A stretch of DNA of 32,000 nucleotides from Candidatus Iainarchaeum sp. (GTDB lineage: Archaea > Iainarchaeota > Iainarchaeia > Iainarchaeales > VGJJ01): contig JAUYHT010000006.1 of the NCBI GenBank assembly GCA_030688545.1, positions 120,001-152,000 of the forward strand. The letters run 5' to 3'. The translations under genes were made by a program, and so were the position numbers. Each line of letters starts with the position of its first letter. Positions within the stretch are counted from its first letter, which is position 1. The notes under the pieces were generated by a model. The model did not search any database. It had not been told where the DNA came from and was given only the letters and a program-made list of their open reading frames with translations. Below are positions 14,077-22,240 of the stretch, one piece after another.

Positions 14077-14553
14077 ATGGGAATGCCCGAAGTGAAAGTG
14101 TTGATCGATGGGGGAAAGGCCACGGCCGCGCCCCCTTTAGGGCCCGCGCTGGCCCCTTTGGGATTGAACGTGGGTAAAATCGTTTCTGAGATTAATGAAA
14201 AAACCAAATCCTTTTCCGGGATGAAGGTGCCCGTCACCATTGATATTGACGTGTCCAAGAAATATACTATTTCTGTCGGGAGCCCACCCACAAGTGCGTT
14301 AATAACCAAGGAAGCCGGCATCCCCAAAGGAACGGGCAACCCTAAGACCACGATGGTGGGAAATCTAACCTTCGACCAGGTGAAGAAGATTGCGGAGATG
14401 AAGTTGGGAAAAATCAATTCGTATGACGTGCGTAGTGCGTGCCGGGAGATCATCGGCACGTGCCATTCCATGGGCGTCACCATTGATGGGGTGCACCCGA
14501 AGCAGGCCCAGCAGGACTTCGCGGCTGGCAAATACGATGCGCAATTGGTATGA
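14077..14553 (+). CDS. rpl11: 50S ribosomal protein L11 (uL11)
   Basis: 158 aa: VKVLIDGGKATAAPPLGPALAPLGLNVGKIV...ISVGSPPTSALI... Confidence 0.92.
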   Translation: MGMPEVKVLIDGGKATAAPPLGPALAPLGLNVGKIVSEINEKTKSFSGMKVPVTIDIDVSKKYTISVGSPPTSALITKEAGIPKGTGNPKTTMVGNLTFDQVKKIAEMKLGKINSYDVRSACREIIGTCHSMGVTIDGVHPKQAQQDFAAGKYDAQLV

Positions 14554-14570
14554 TGGCGTGTCCCGAATAT

Positions 14571-14580
14571 TTTATTTTTT
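14571..14580 (+). terminator. Oligo-T tract (TTTATTTTTT) downstream of rpl11
   Basis: Archaeal-type T-run 18 nt after the rpl11 stop, at the start of an A/T-rich convergent spacer. Confidence 0.4.
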
Positions 14581-14788
14581 AGTTTCATTCAATCCTCTCC
14601 TTTCACAAAAAACTAAAAGCCAAGAGTCATGAACGATAAAGCAATTATCCATTTTTGGCAAAACTATTTTTCAAATGGTATTCATTTTTTGATCGAACTT
14701 CATCGTAAACACTATTTTTCCGTCAACGCTTTTTCCAGTGGAAAAAGGGTTGTTACGATGCCCGCAAAACATGGTTTTGCTTGGTTTC

Positions 14789-15640
14789 TTAAAAAGTTCG
14801 TTTGGTGAGCGTGCGCGCTTCTTCAAGAATATCGCTGGCGATGTACCCGTACCATTTTTTTCTTTTCAATCTATCACTCATTCGTCCATTCAACCATGCG
14901 GCGCACGCGGCGGCTTCGAATGGGGGCATTCCTTGCGCCCAGAAGCTCGCGGTGAATCCGGCCAGGACATCCCCGAATCCCCCTTTGGTCATCCCGGGGT
15001 TGCCTGTCTTATTGATATAAGTTTTTGTTCCCCCCACGATCACGGAACGCCAATCCTTGAGATTGATGACCAGGTCATTCTTCCCAATCATGTCCCGCAC
15101 CCTTTTTTTGCGGGCGGGAATTGAAAGACCCCGCACATCCATACCCGTCCAGAGGTGAAATTCTTTCACATGTGGAAGGGCGATGCAGTGGTTCAACCCT
15201 TTCAATCCTCGAGGCATGGCGTGGAAGGCATGCGCATCCACGACGAGCCGGGTGCCATCCCGCACGAGCATGGGAATGAGTTTTCGGAGCGCCGGTAGGC
15301 TTTGGTCCCCCGCCCCATTCCCCACCAGGACCACGTCGTTTTCCCTGGCAAGGGAGCGGATATGAGACACGTGACGAGAATTTATGTATAAGCCAGGGAG
15401 GGGGGCTCCTAATATGTCAGGAAAACCCGCATTGGCGCTTTGAACAATAGCCTGTGGCGCGCAGAGCGTGACCAAATCCCCTCCTCCGCGTAATACGGCC
15501 ATGCTGGCTAGGATAGGCGCCCCGGCGTAGGGGGGAGAACCCCCTACGACGAGCACCCGCCCATGGTTTCCTTTATGGGCATTCCTTTTCCTCCGTGTCC
15601 AAAAATGGGTGATTTTCTTTTGGGGATTAAACCCTTTCAT
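14789..15640 (-). CDS. nnrD: ADP-dependent NAD(P)H-hydrate dehydratase (YjeF C-terminal/carbohydrate-kinase domain)
   Basis: HKGNHGRVLVVGGSPPYAGAPILASMAVLRGGGDL, GNGAGD, GNPGMTKGGFGDVLAG. The ORF extends in frame to 15730. ATG 15640 leaves ~21 aa before the HKG motif, which fits the family. Confidence 0.8.
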   Translation of the reverse strand: MKGFNPQKKITHFWTRRKRNAHKGNHGRVLVVGGSPPYAGAPILASMAVLRGGGDLVTLCAPQAIVQSANAGFPDILGAPLPGLYINSRHVSHIRSLARENDVVLVGNGAGDQSLPALRKLIPMLVRDGTRLVVDAHAFHAMPRGLKGLNHCIALPHVKEFHLWTGMDVRGLSIPARKKRVRDMIGKNDLVINLKDWRSVIVGGTKTYINKTGNPGMTKGGFGDVLAGFTASFWAQGMPPFEAAACAAWLNGRMSDRLKRKKWYGYIASDILEEARTLTKRTF

Positions 15641-15661
15641 GAAGGGGATGCCAGGGCCCGG

Positions 15662-15670
15662 CTTTTTAAT
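15662..15670. promoter_or_regulatory. TATA-like box (CTTTTTAAT) in the nnrD/rpl1 divergent spacer
   Basis: In plus orientation it matches the local CTTTTTAA consensus ~85 nt upstream of the rpl1 ATG (SD GGGAGGT at 15738-15744). In reverse it is centred ~26 nt from ATG 15640. Confidence 0.35.
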
Positions 15671-15753
15671 CCTTACCAATCGCAATTGGCTCACTTTCTG
15701 GTTCTCGCAATCGGGAAGCCGCTTCACCACTCGAGAGTGGGAGGTTTATCCGC

Positions 15754-16434
15754 ATGCAAAAGCAGGCCGTGATCAAGACGCTGCAGCAGCTCCGCCAGAC
15801 GGCGAAACCCCGCCAATTCAAGCAGACCATTGACATGACCATTAATTTCAAGAATATCGATTTCAAGAAGCTCGACAACCAGGTGGATGTGGATGTTCAG
15901 CTCCCTCATCCTGTTAAATCGGGACAAGGAAAAGTTCTATTGTTCGTCCGTGACAAGCAGTTCGCGGAGGAAGCCAAGGGGATTGTGGATATGATCATCC
16001 TGGAAGACCAGATCAAATCCATTTCCAAGAAGAAGGCCTCCGAGCTCGTGAACCAATACGCGGGTTTCCTCGCGGAGGGGCCCGTGATGTTGACAGTTGG
16101 AAAATATTTAGGTCAAATTCTCGCTCCCAAGGGCAAGATGCCCGCCCCTATCCCCCTGGACAAACAGAAACTCCAATCCCTGACCAGCCAGATGCGATCC
16201 GTGGTGAAGGTTTCCAATCGTAAAGGAAAGTCGATGCCTCTCGTGCATATTTCAGTGGGTAAGGAGGAGATGCCCGATGAGGATATCGCGGAGAATGCGC
16301 TGGCCGTTTATCAGGCTGTGCTCCCGGCCATAGGAAATAAGGAGACCAACATCAAAAGTGTGCTGATCAAGATGACCATGTCTCCCGCTCTCATGGTTGG
16401 GGCCAAAACCGTTCCAGCGGAGGCGACTTCATGA
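15754..16434 (+). CDS. rpl1: 50S ribosomal protein L1 (uL1)
   Basis: 226 aa: FKQTIDMTINFKNIDFKK...VKVSNRKGKSMPLVHISVGK. The stop overlaps the P0 start (ATGA at 16431-16434). Confidence 0.9.
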   Translation: MQKQAVIKTLQQLRQTAKPRQFKQTIDMTINFKNIDFKKLDNQVDVDVQLPHPVKSGQGKVLLFVRDKQFAEEAKGIVDMIILEDQIKSISKKKASELVNQYAGFLAEGPVMLTVGKYLGQILAPKGKMPAPIPLDKQKLQSLTSQMRSVVKVSNRKGKSMPLVHISVGKEEMPDEDIAENALAVYQAVLPAIGNKETNIKSVLIKMTMSPALMVGAKTVPAEATS

Positions 16435-17279
16435 CTCGCCACACCCGTGCATGGAAGGAAGGAGAGGTCACGCGCCTCGTGACGCTGGCGAAAGAATACC
16501 CGGTCATCGCCGTCGCTGACCTGAAGGATTTTCCAGCCAACCTGTATGGATCTCTCAAAACCCGACTCGCGGGAAAAGCAGTGGTAACTGTTTCCAAACG
16601 CAAGATGATGCACCGTGCCCTGGAGCAAGCGGGGGTCGAATCTAAGCTCAAGGAAAATGTGCAAGGAAACGCGGCCCTCATATTCAGCCGGGTGAATCCA
16701 TTCGAATTATTTTCTCTCATCAAGCAATCCTCGGGAAAGGTTTCCGCACGAGTCGGCCAACTGGCTCCCGAAGACATCACCATTCCGGCCGGGGACACGG
16801 GTCTGCCACCCGGTCCCGCGCTATCGGATTTGAAAGCGGCCGGGTTGGTTGTGAAGGTGCAGGGGGCCACCATCGCCATCGTTTCTGATAAGCTGGTGGC
16901 CAAAAAGGGCGAACCCATTTCCGCCCCCGTGGCTAACGTATTGGGAAAATTGGGGATCAAGCCCATCCGTTTACGTCTCAATGTCATGTCCGCCCTGGAA
17001 GGAAACCAACTTTATCCCGCCAACTTACTGGACATCGATGAAGACGCCGTCTTCGCGTCGTTCATTCGCGCCGAGCAGGACGCCTTTAACCTGGCATTCA
17101 ACGCCCGCGTATACAGCCCGCGCGTCACCGAGATGTTGCTCATGCAGGCCTTCCGCGAATCCAAAGCGGTGGCATTGGAAGGCAACATCCTCACCCCCGA
17201 CACGGTGGGAGCTGTTTTGGGAAAAGCCCAGCGTGCTGCGCAGGGAATTAAATCTCAACTCCCGGAGGAACACGGATAA
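16431..17279 (+). CDS. rplP0: Ribosomal stalk protein P0 (uL10), short form lacking the acidic/LFG tail
   Basis: 282 aa: WKEGEVTRLVTLAKEYPVIAVADLKDFPANLYGSLKTRL... N-terminal L10 domain. Ends ...KSQLPEEHG. Confidence 0.88.
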   Translation: MTRHTRAWKEGEVTRLVTLAKEYPVIAVADLKDFPANLYGSLKTRLAGKAVVTVSKRKMMHRALEQAGVESKLKENVQGNAALIFSRVNPFELFSLIKQSSGKVSARVGQLAPEDITIPAGDTGLPPGPALSDLKAAGLVVKVQGATIAIVSDKLVAKKGEPISAPVANVLGKLGIKPIRLRLNVMSALEGNQLYPANLLDIDEDAVFASFIRAEQDAFNLAFNARVYSPRVTEMLLMQAFRESKAVALEGNILTPDTVGAVLGKAQRAAQGIKSQLPEEHG

Positions 17280-17366
17280 GGATTTCCTTTCCTCTCCTTT
17301 ATTACAGTCATCCATCAATCAAAAATGAAAAAAAGGATCGACAACCAAAAACCGAGGTGACACGCC

Positions 17367-17669
17367 ATGGAATACGTATATGCCGCCATGCTGCTGCATT
17401 CGGCCAAGCAGGAGATCAACGAGAGCGCTGTCATGAAGGTGCTGGAAGCCGCTGGTATCACGGCGGATGCCGCCCGCGTGAAAGCTTTGGTCGCCAGCTT
17501 GCAGAATGTCAACATCGACGAGGCGATTTCAAAGGCCGCCGTCGTGGCCGCCCCAGCCTCCGCACCGGCTGCCGGAGGGGACGCGAAAGCGGAAGCCAAA
17601 GCCGAACCCAAGGAAGAGAAGAAAACCGAGGAAGAGGCCGCGGCCGGACTGGCATCCCTATTTGGGTAA
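17367..17669 (+). CDS. rpl12: Ribosomal stalk protein P1 (archaeal L12)
   Basis: 100 aa: [19 protein letters not shown]..., an Ala/Pro hinge, and the acidic tail ending [22 protein letters not shown] lies upstream. Confidence 0.92.
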   Translation: MEYVYAAMLLHSAKQEINESAVMKVLEAAGITADAARVKALVASLQNVNIDEAISKAAVVAAPASAPAAGGDAKAEAKAEPKEEKKTEEEAAAGLASLFG

Positions 17670-17676
17670 TGCCGGC

Positions 17677-17710
17677 GGGGGAGGGAAACCCTCCCCCATA
17701 CTCTTTTTTC
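17677..17710. terminator. GC-rich hairpin + T-tract between convergent rpl12 and the protease gene
   Basis: GGGGGAGGG-AAA-CCCTCCCCC (perfect 9-bp stem, 17677-17697), followed by ATACTCTTTTTTC. The stem sequence resembles the hairpin of repeat element B. Confidence 0.6.
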
Positions 17711-20015
17711 ATCCAGATTTTTTAGATGAAGAAGTCGGGTAATTTTGAGTCTTATTTTTGGGCCACTGTTTCCGAGTATTTTTCCCCACGGAAGGGGGGC
17801 GGATGGTTTTTCCTTTCTCTCCCGCGCGCAGGGCGATCATTCCGCTCCGCAATTGGGTGCTGATGTCCCTGATTTGCGTCTGGTAATGCTTGGCAAGCAC
17901 CGCATACTCTTTCTCGGGCATCTTTCCTTGTGCCCGCTGGAATTGGGCGTGCCGCATCCCCTGCTTGGCGGCGAATAGCCGCGCTTCCAATTCATCCACG
18001 CGATATAAGGCACTCTCCGGGGGTAAGATGGTAGAGGCCGCGGCATAGTGGTGAGGTCCCCGACGGGTCTTGTAAATGGATATCCCCACCAGAAAAACCG
18101 CCAACACCACTCCCACCATGAGGAGCACAGTCACCAAGTCCAGGACCTTCCCCCCTGGAATAGTTACACTTCCTTTCCCATCCGGCCCTACAGTAAGGGG
18201 AAGGGGGGCAATCCCATTCAATAAATCAGAGGACAATGGCGTAAACCGGGAGGAGGGCAATGACTGATAGTATTTGGTCACATCCTCGGTGACGGTGTAG
18301 GTATAGTCAGCCAAGAGCGCGAGGGTTAATCCACTCCGGATGTTGCTCGCGGAAAGCGTTCCCTGTCCCTCCTCTCGATAATGATCGGCCGAATTGAGAT
18401 AGAAGCGGGCATGGTCCAGGTAAAGCCTGGGCCACGCGAAATCCTTACCAGTCATCTTTTTCTCCAGATCAGCAATGTGATTCTCCAGCTCCGAACGCAA
18501 ATCCGTGTTAGGGTCCTGGGCCATGAGCTCGGCGTTGACCAGGGCCAGGGCCGAAGCCCCATTCATGGCCGCGGACAAATGCCTTCCCATTTCCCTGTCC
18601 AAGATGGCTGCGTTCAATCGTCGTTGGGCGTCCGTGGCATCCCCCTGGATGAGCGTCAACCCCTGCGTGGCGTTGTCCACGAAATCGGCATAGTAATCCA
18701 TGAAGGGCGATTGAGTCGTGATCCCATTTCGGGATTGTTGCACCCCAATGCGATAGAATTCCTGGGAGGATTCCCCCCAGGCGCGGGCAAACTCATAATC
18801 CTGCACGCGTTGCACCGATTGCACATATTGGGCATCTTCCGTAACGACAATAATAATTTCCCCGCTGCGCAAATCAATCAATTGTTCCTGCGCCCACGTC
18901 AACCGTTGCTGGGCCGCAATATACCATTCCACTCCCTCCACGGGGATGATTTGATCCAGTATTTTCTGTTGTTTCTCCACCCGATCTAACATCTCCCCTA
19001 TTTTCACATCCAATTCGTCCGATTCCTTATCCAAAAGTTCAGGATTCGCCGCCACATCCAATACGAAATAGGCATTCACCTTGGCAAGAAAAGCGAAGTT
19101 CCCAGCGGAATAATAATACCCGTTCTGCGTGAGCAATTCCGCCTCGTTAATGGTTTTTTCTGAATCCGAAAGACTGCGATGCAGCACATCAATGAGCCCT
19201 GGATCATCGAGCAGGGAATTGGATAGGGCGGTCCGCGCCTCCAATATGACCGCGCGGGTCTGAGCAATCATGCGGGTGTTCATTTCCCCTAGGGGTTGGA
19301 TAGAGGAAGATACATCTATCCTAGGAGGGATAAAAGTCTCTGGTTCTGGTGGGTTTATTTCCGATATATCAAGATCGTCCGGATCGGTATAGGCAAACTG
19401 GAGCACCTCATCCAACGTGGCCACTTCAATCACTTTCATCCCCCATTCTTCCAATGCGTAATCGGGTAGGTTGATGGTGCGTACCCCCCCGGGGAGTTTA
19501 ACGACTTGCCGCGATTCCCCACTGGGGATTAGGAATAGTTTAACCCCATTCGCATGGGCTTCTTTCGCCTTCTCAAACACCCCACCCACCGGTCCCACTT
19601 CCCCTTTGATAGTAATGGTGCCCGTCAATCCCACGTGAATGGGAATAGGTTTGTCCTGGAGAGCGGCGATGACCAGCAAGGCCATGGCGCTCCCCGCGCT
19701 CGGCCCATCTACCACAGAGGCCTCGCTCTTGATGGAGAAAAAATAATCAAAATTTTTGGCGGTGGGAGAATAGTTCTGCGCCACCCGCACGGCAATTTTC
19801 TCCGTGCTCTGCGTGGCTGTTCCCACTAAAGGGCCTGAGACGGATGACCATATCTGTCCAGACCCGGGAACGACTTGCAATTGCAGATCCGCCGTGAGCG
19901 CGGTGCCATCCGGGGCCACGGCGAATACAGGAATAGAAGAACTGCTCAGCACCCCCTGCACCGGTACGGTTGTGAGGAGAAGCAGTCCCAAAACGAGCCA
20001 AAAAAAACGATTCAT
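17709..20015 (-). CDS. Membrane-anchored extracytoplasmic Lon-like serine protease (S16 proteolytic domain only, no AAA+ module) with a long helical ectodomain
   Basis: Signal peptide MNRFFWLVLGLLLLTTVPVQG. S16 Ser-Lys dyad context VDGPSAGSAMALLV ... GEVGPVGGVFEKAKEAHANG. ~400 aa of helical region follow, then the TM LVTVLLMVGVVLAVFLVGISIY, KTRRG, and a ~110-aa basic/coiled cytoplasmic tail. ATG 20015 (GTG 20018 in the track). Confidence 0.75.
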   Translation of the reverse strand: MNRFFWLVLGLLLLTTVPVQGVLSSSSIPVFAVAPDGTALTADLQLQVVPGSGQIWSSVSGPLVGTATQSTEKIAVRVAQNYSPTAKNFDYFFSIKSEASVVDGPSAGSAMALLVIAALQDKPIPIHVGLTGTITIKGEVGPVGGVFEKAKEAHANGVKLFLIPSGESRQVVKLPGGVRTINLPDYALEEWGMKVIEVATLDEVLQFAYTDPDDLDISEINPPEPETFIPPRIDVSSSIQPLGEMNTRMIAQTRAVILEARTALSNSLLDDPGLIDVLHRSLSDSEKTINEAELLTQNGYYYSAGNFAFLAKVNAYFVLDVAANPELLDKESDELDVKIGEMLDRVEKQQKILDQIIPVEGVEWYIAAQQRLTWAQEQLIDLRSGEIIIVVTEDAQYVQSVQRVQDYEFARAWGESSQEFYRIGVQQSRNGITTQSPFMDYYADFVDNATQGLTLIQGDATDAQRRLNAAILDREMGRHLSAAMNGASALALVNAELMAQDPNTDLRSELENHIADLEKKMTGKDFAWPRLYLDHARFYLNSADHYREEGQGTLSASNIRSGLTLALLADYTYTVTEDVTKYYQSLPSSRFTPLSSDLLNGIAPLPLTVGPDGKGSVTIPGGKVLDLVTVLLMVGVVLAVFLVGISIYKTRRGPHHYAAASTILPPESALYRVDELEARLFAAKQGMRHAQFQRAQGKMPEKEYAVLAKHYQTQIRDISTQLRSGMIALRAGEKGKTIRPPSVGKNTRKQWPKNKTQNYPTSSSKKSG

Positions 20016-20038
20016 CACCCTCCAAGAACGTTCCGGGG

Positions 20039-20049
20039 TTTTATATATT
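20039..20049 (-). promoter_or_regulatory. Putative TATA box of the protease gene (AATATATAAAA on the minus strand)
   Basis: Centre ~29 nt upstream of ATG 20015; leaderless geometry. Confidence 0.45.
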
Positions 20050-20190
20050 CTCCTGATTCCCCAGGGGATTGACGCCCTCTATGCAGAGACATGGACCCGC
20101 CTAGATCATCGATGAATCAACTTCCCAGGACGACTAAAGAGGAAGGTATATCCCCTTTTTTTGACGAAACTTTTTCCTAAAAAGTCCGGG

Positions 20191-21150
20191 CTATTCTTTC
20201 AACCCATGCCCTCCGAGGATAACAATGGTTTTTCCTTTCCACGGATGATCATTCAAAACCGCATAGGTCGCGGCCCCCGAGTACTCACTATACAACCCTT
20301 CTCTTTCCGCCAATTGAACCTTAGCCTGTTTCAACCGCGCCTCTGAAACCGTGAAAATAGTTCCCCCGCTCGCATTCACGCTCATGAGGGCTTCCTGCCC
20401 ATAGATGGGGTTGCCGCAGGCGATGGCACCCGCCATGGTTTTGGGGCGCGAAATGGGATCAAACCGAAGGGTTTTCTTTTTCCAGGCGTGATAGAGGGGA
20501 GCGCACGCCGCGGCCTGCACCCCTATAAGTCGAGGCATCTCAGGAATGGTTTTTCGCTCCTTCATCTCTCGAAAACCCGCGAAAAGCGCCGTGATCAGAG
20601 TCCCATTTCCGATGGGAACGATAATTTGTCGGGGAATTTTCCCCCGACATTGGTCAACCAATTCATAAGCCAATGTCTTCTGCCCCTCCATGCGGAGGGG
20701 ATAATCTCCCGTGAGCATGGCGTTCTTCTTGTGGGAGGCCAACGCCCATGTTTTCTTAAGTGCTTGATTATAATCCCCTTTAACTTTCACCAGGCGCGCG
20801 CCATAGGCCTGGATCTGACTAATCTTATGGAGTGGCACGTTTTCAGGCAAGCAAATGGTCGCTTTAATCCCTGCGCGGGCCGCGTACGCGGCGATGCTCG
20901 CCCCCATGTTTCCGGTGCTGGCACAGATGACCTCATCATATTTACCTTGACGGGCGAAAGACACCTCCACCGTGGATCCACGATCTTTGAAGCTCCCCGT
21001 GGGGTTGGCAAACTCTAGTTTGAATGATGTTTTTCCATCAAATATGGATGGAACAAGAGGAGTATTCCCTTCCCCCATGGAGACAATATTCCTTTTCCCT
21101 GGATCGGGAAGATGAGGGGCATATCGCCAGATGCCGGGGGCGGTGGACAT
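20191..21150 (-). CDS. thrC: Threonine synthase-like PLP enzyme (tryptophan synthase beta superfamily)
   Basis: N-terminal GIWRYAPHLP, GEGNTPLVPS, and PLP-lysine motif FANPTGSFKDRGS. At 319 aa it is short for ThrC, so the functional assignment within the fold family is tentative. Confidence 0.7.
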   Translation of the reverse strand: MSTAPGIWRYAPHLPDPGKRNIVSMGEGNTPLVPSIFDGKTSFKLEFANPTGSFKDRGSTVEVSFARQGKYDEVICASTGNMGASIAAYAARAGIKATICLPENVPLHKISQIQAYGARLVKVKGDYNQALKKTWALASHKKNAMLTGDYPLRMEGQKTLAYELVDQCRGKIPRQIIVPIGNGTLITALFAGFREMKERKTIPEMPRLIGVQAAACAPLYHAWKKKTLRFDPISRPKTMAGAIACGNPIYGQEALMSVNASGGTIFTVSEARLKQAKVQLAEREGLYSEYSGAATYAVLNDHPWKGKTIVILGGHGLKE

Positions 21151-21234
21151 ATACCTGGGAGGATTGACCTCTTTTTAATGGCGATCAAAACATTTCCCTC
21201 CCCCATTAAATAGGAAAACCCTTTCCTCTTCCCC

Positions 21235-21765
21235 ATGGGCACACCTAAAAGAAGGGTTTACTCCCCCCGCGCTCAGAAAGCTATCATCGAACGTCATCTC
21301 GGGGGAAGTTCCCATCCCCCGGGATTGTATGAAGCGGTTCACAATCGGTTATTGGCCTCCTCTCGTTCTTCAGGCAGCAGGGGCAACAAACCCATGACCC
21401 CCAAGAAAGCAAGTAAACTAACGGAACGCGAACGAGCGCGCATACCTAAAGGGGCTTATTTCCCTCCACGCGAGCAACTTGATCTTGAAGGGGTGCGCCG
21501 ACTTTATTTTCGCCGGTTTGCCACCAAATCTTCTTTGGAAGAAGCGGGAATTCCGCGTCGTTCGGATGTAGGTCGACGGGTCACCTTGGCCATGATGACC
21601 GAAGAGGCCGATGCCTTCGCCCAGGATTACATCCGGGAGAGCAAAGACAGACTGACCCCCACCAGGGAATTCATCTTTGAGATGAATAAGACGATCGGCG
21701 ACGCCACCGCAAGCCAGAAATTCTTCATAGCATTCAAGCGTGCCTACCGCGCCCTGGCGGAATGA
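21235..21765 (+). CDS. Hypothetical basic protein
   Basis: 176-aa ORF, Arg/Lys/Ser-rich N-terminal half and a more helical C-terminal half. I recognise no motif beyond a weak HTH-like stretch (SSLEEAGIPRRSDVGRRV). An antisense ORF (21418-21807) competes with it. Confidence 0.4.
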   Translation: MGTPKRRVYSPRAQKAIIERHLGGSSHPPGLYEAVHNRLLASSRSSGSRGNKPMTPKKASKLTERERARIPKGAYFPPREQLDLEGVRRLYFRRFATKSSLEEAGIPRRSDVGRRVTLAMMTEEADAFAQDYIRESKDRLTPTREFIFEMNKTIGDATASQKFFIAFKRAYRALAE

Positions 21766-21846
21766 GCCTATGTCTCGCGTCCACTCATCTCTCCCCCCAC
21801 TGACCAAAACCCGCTCTTTTTAATATTTGGAATAGGTGATTAGCCC

Positions 21847-22116
21847 ATGGTTCCTAGACGCAGGCGCAGAATTCCTTTGGGAGCAGCCCATCATCAAGCA
21901 TTAGAAACCGTCTCCCTCGGGAAGAGTAATATAGTATGGATAAGAAAAGGCGTCCAATTAAGGTCGCTGCTAGCAACAAAAGGCGGACGAGATTTTCTGG
22001 CGCGACGGAACACGCAAGATTCCAGGTTGTTCACCCAAGCAGTGAGTAAAGTTTTCAGTCGAGAAGATTGGGCTCGATTGTATTTGGCTCAACTCCGTTC
22101 AAACTACCCGCGATGA
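21847..22116 (+). CDS. Hypothetical small basic protein
   Basis: 89-aa ORF beginning MVPRRRRRIPLG. No recognisable motif. Confidence 0.3.
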   Translation: MVPRRRRRIPLGAAHHQALETVSLGKSNIVWIRKGVQLRSLLATKGGRDFLARRNTQDSRLFTQAVSKVFSREDWARLYLAQLRSNYPR

Positions 22117-22240
22117 TTCCCCTCCTCTGTAAGGCGGGATATCCTCCATTTACCCAGACTATGATTTTTGAAAATAAGTTGTTATTGATAAAACCTTTGG
22201 AAAAAAGTGATCGAACTTTTTAATAAAAAAAAAAGTCGAA

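Noticed and set aside
16391-16987. 198-aa minus-strand ORF antisense to P0, and 14016-14588 antisense to rpl11
   Set aside because: They overlap highly recognisable ribosomal protein genes on the other strand. Typical antisense open frames.
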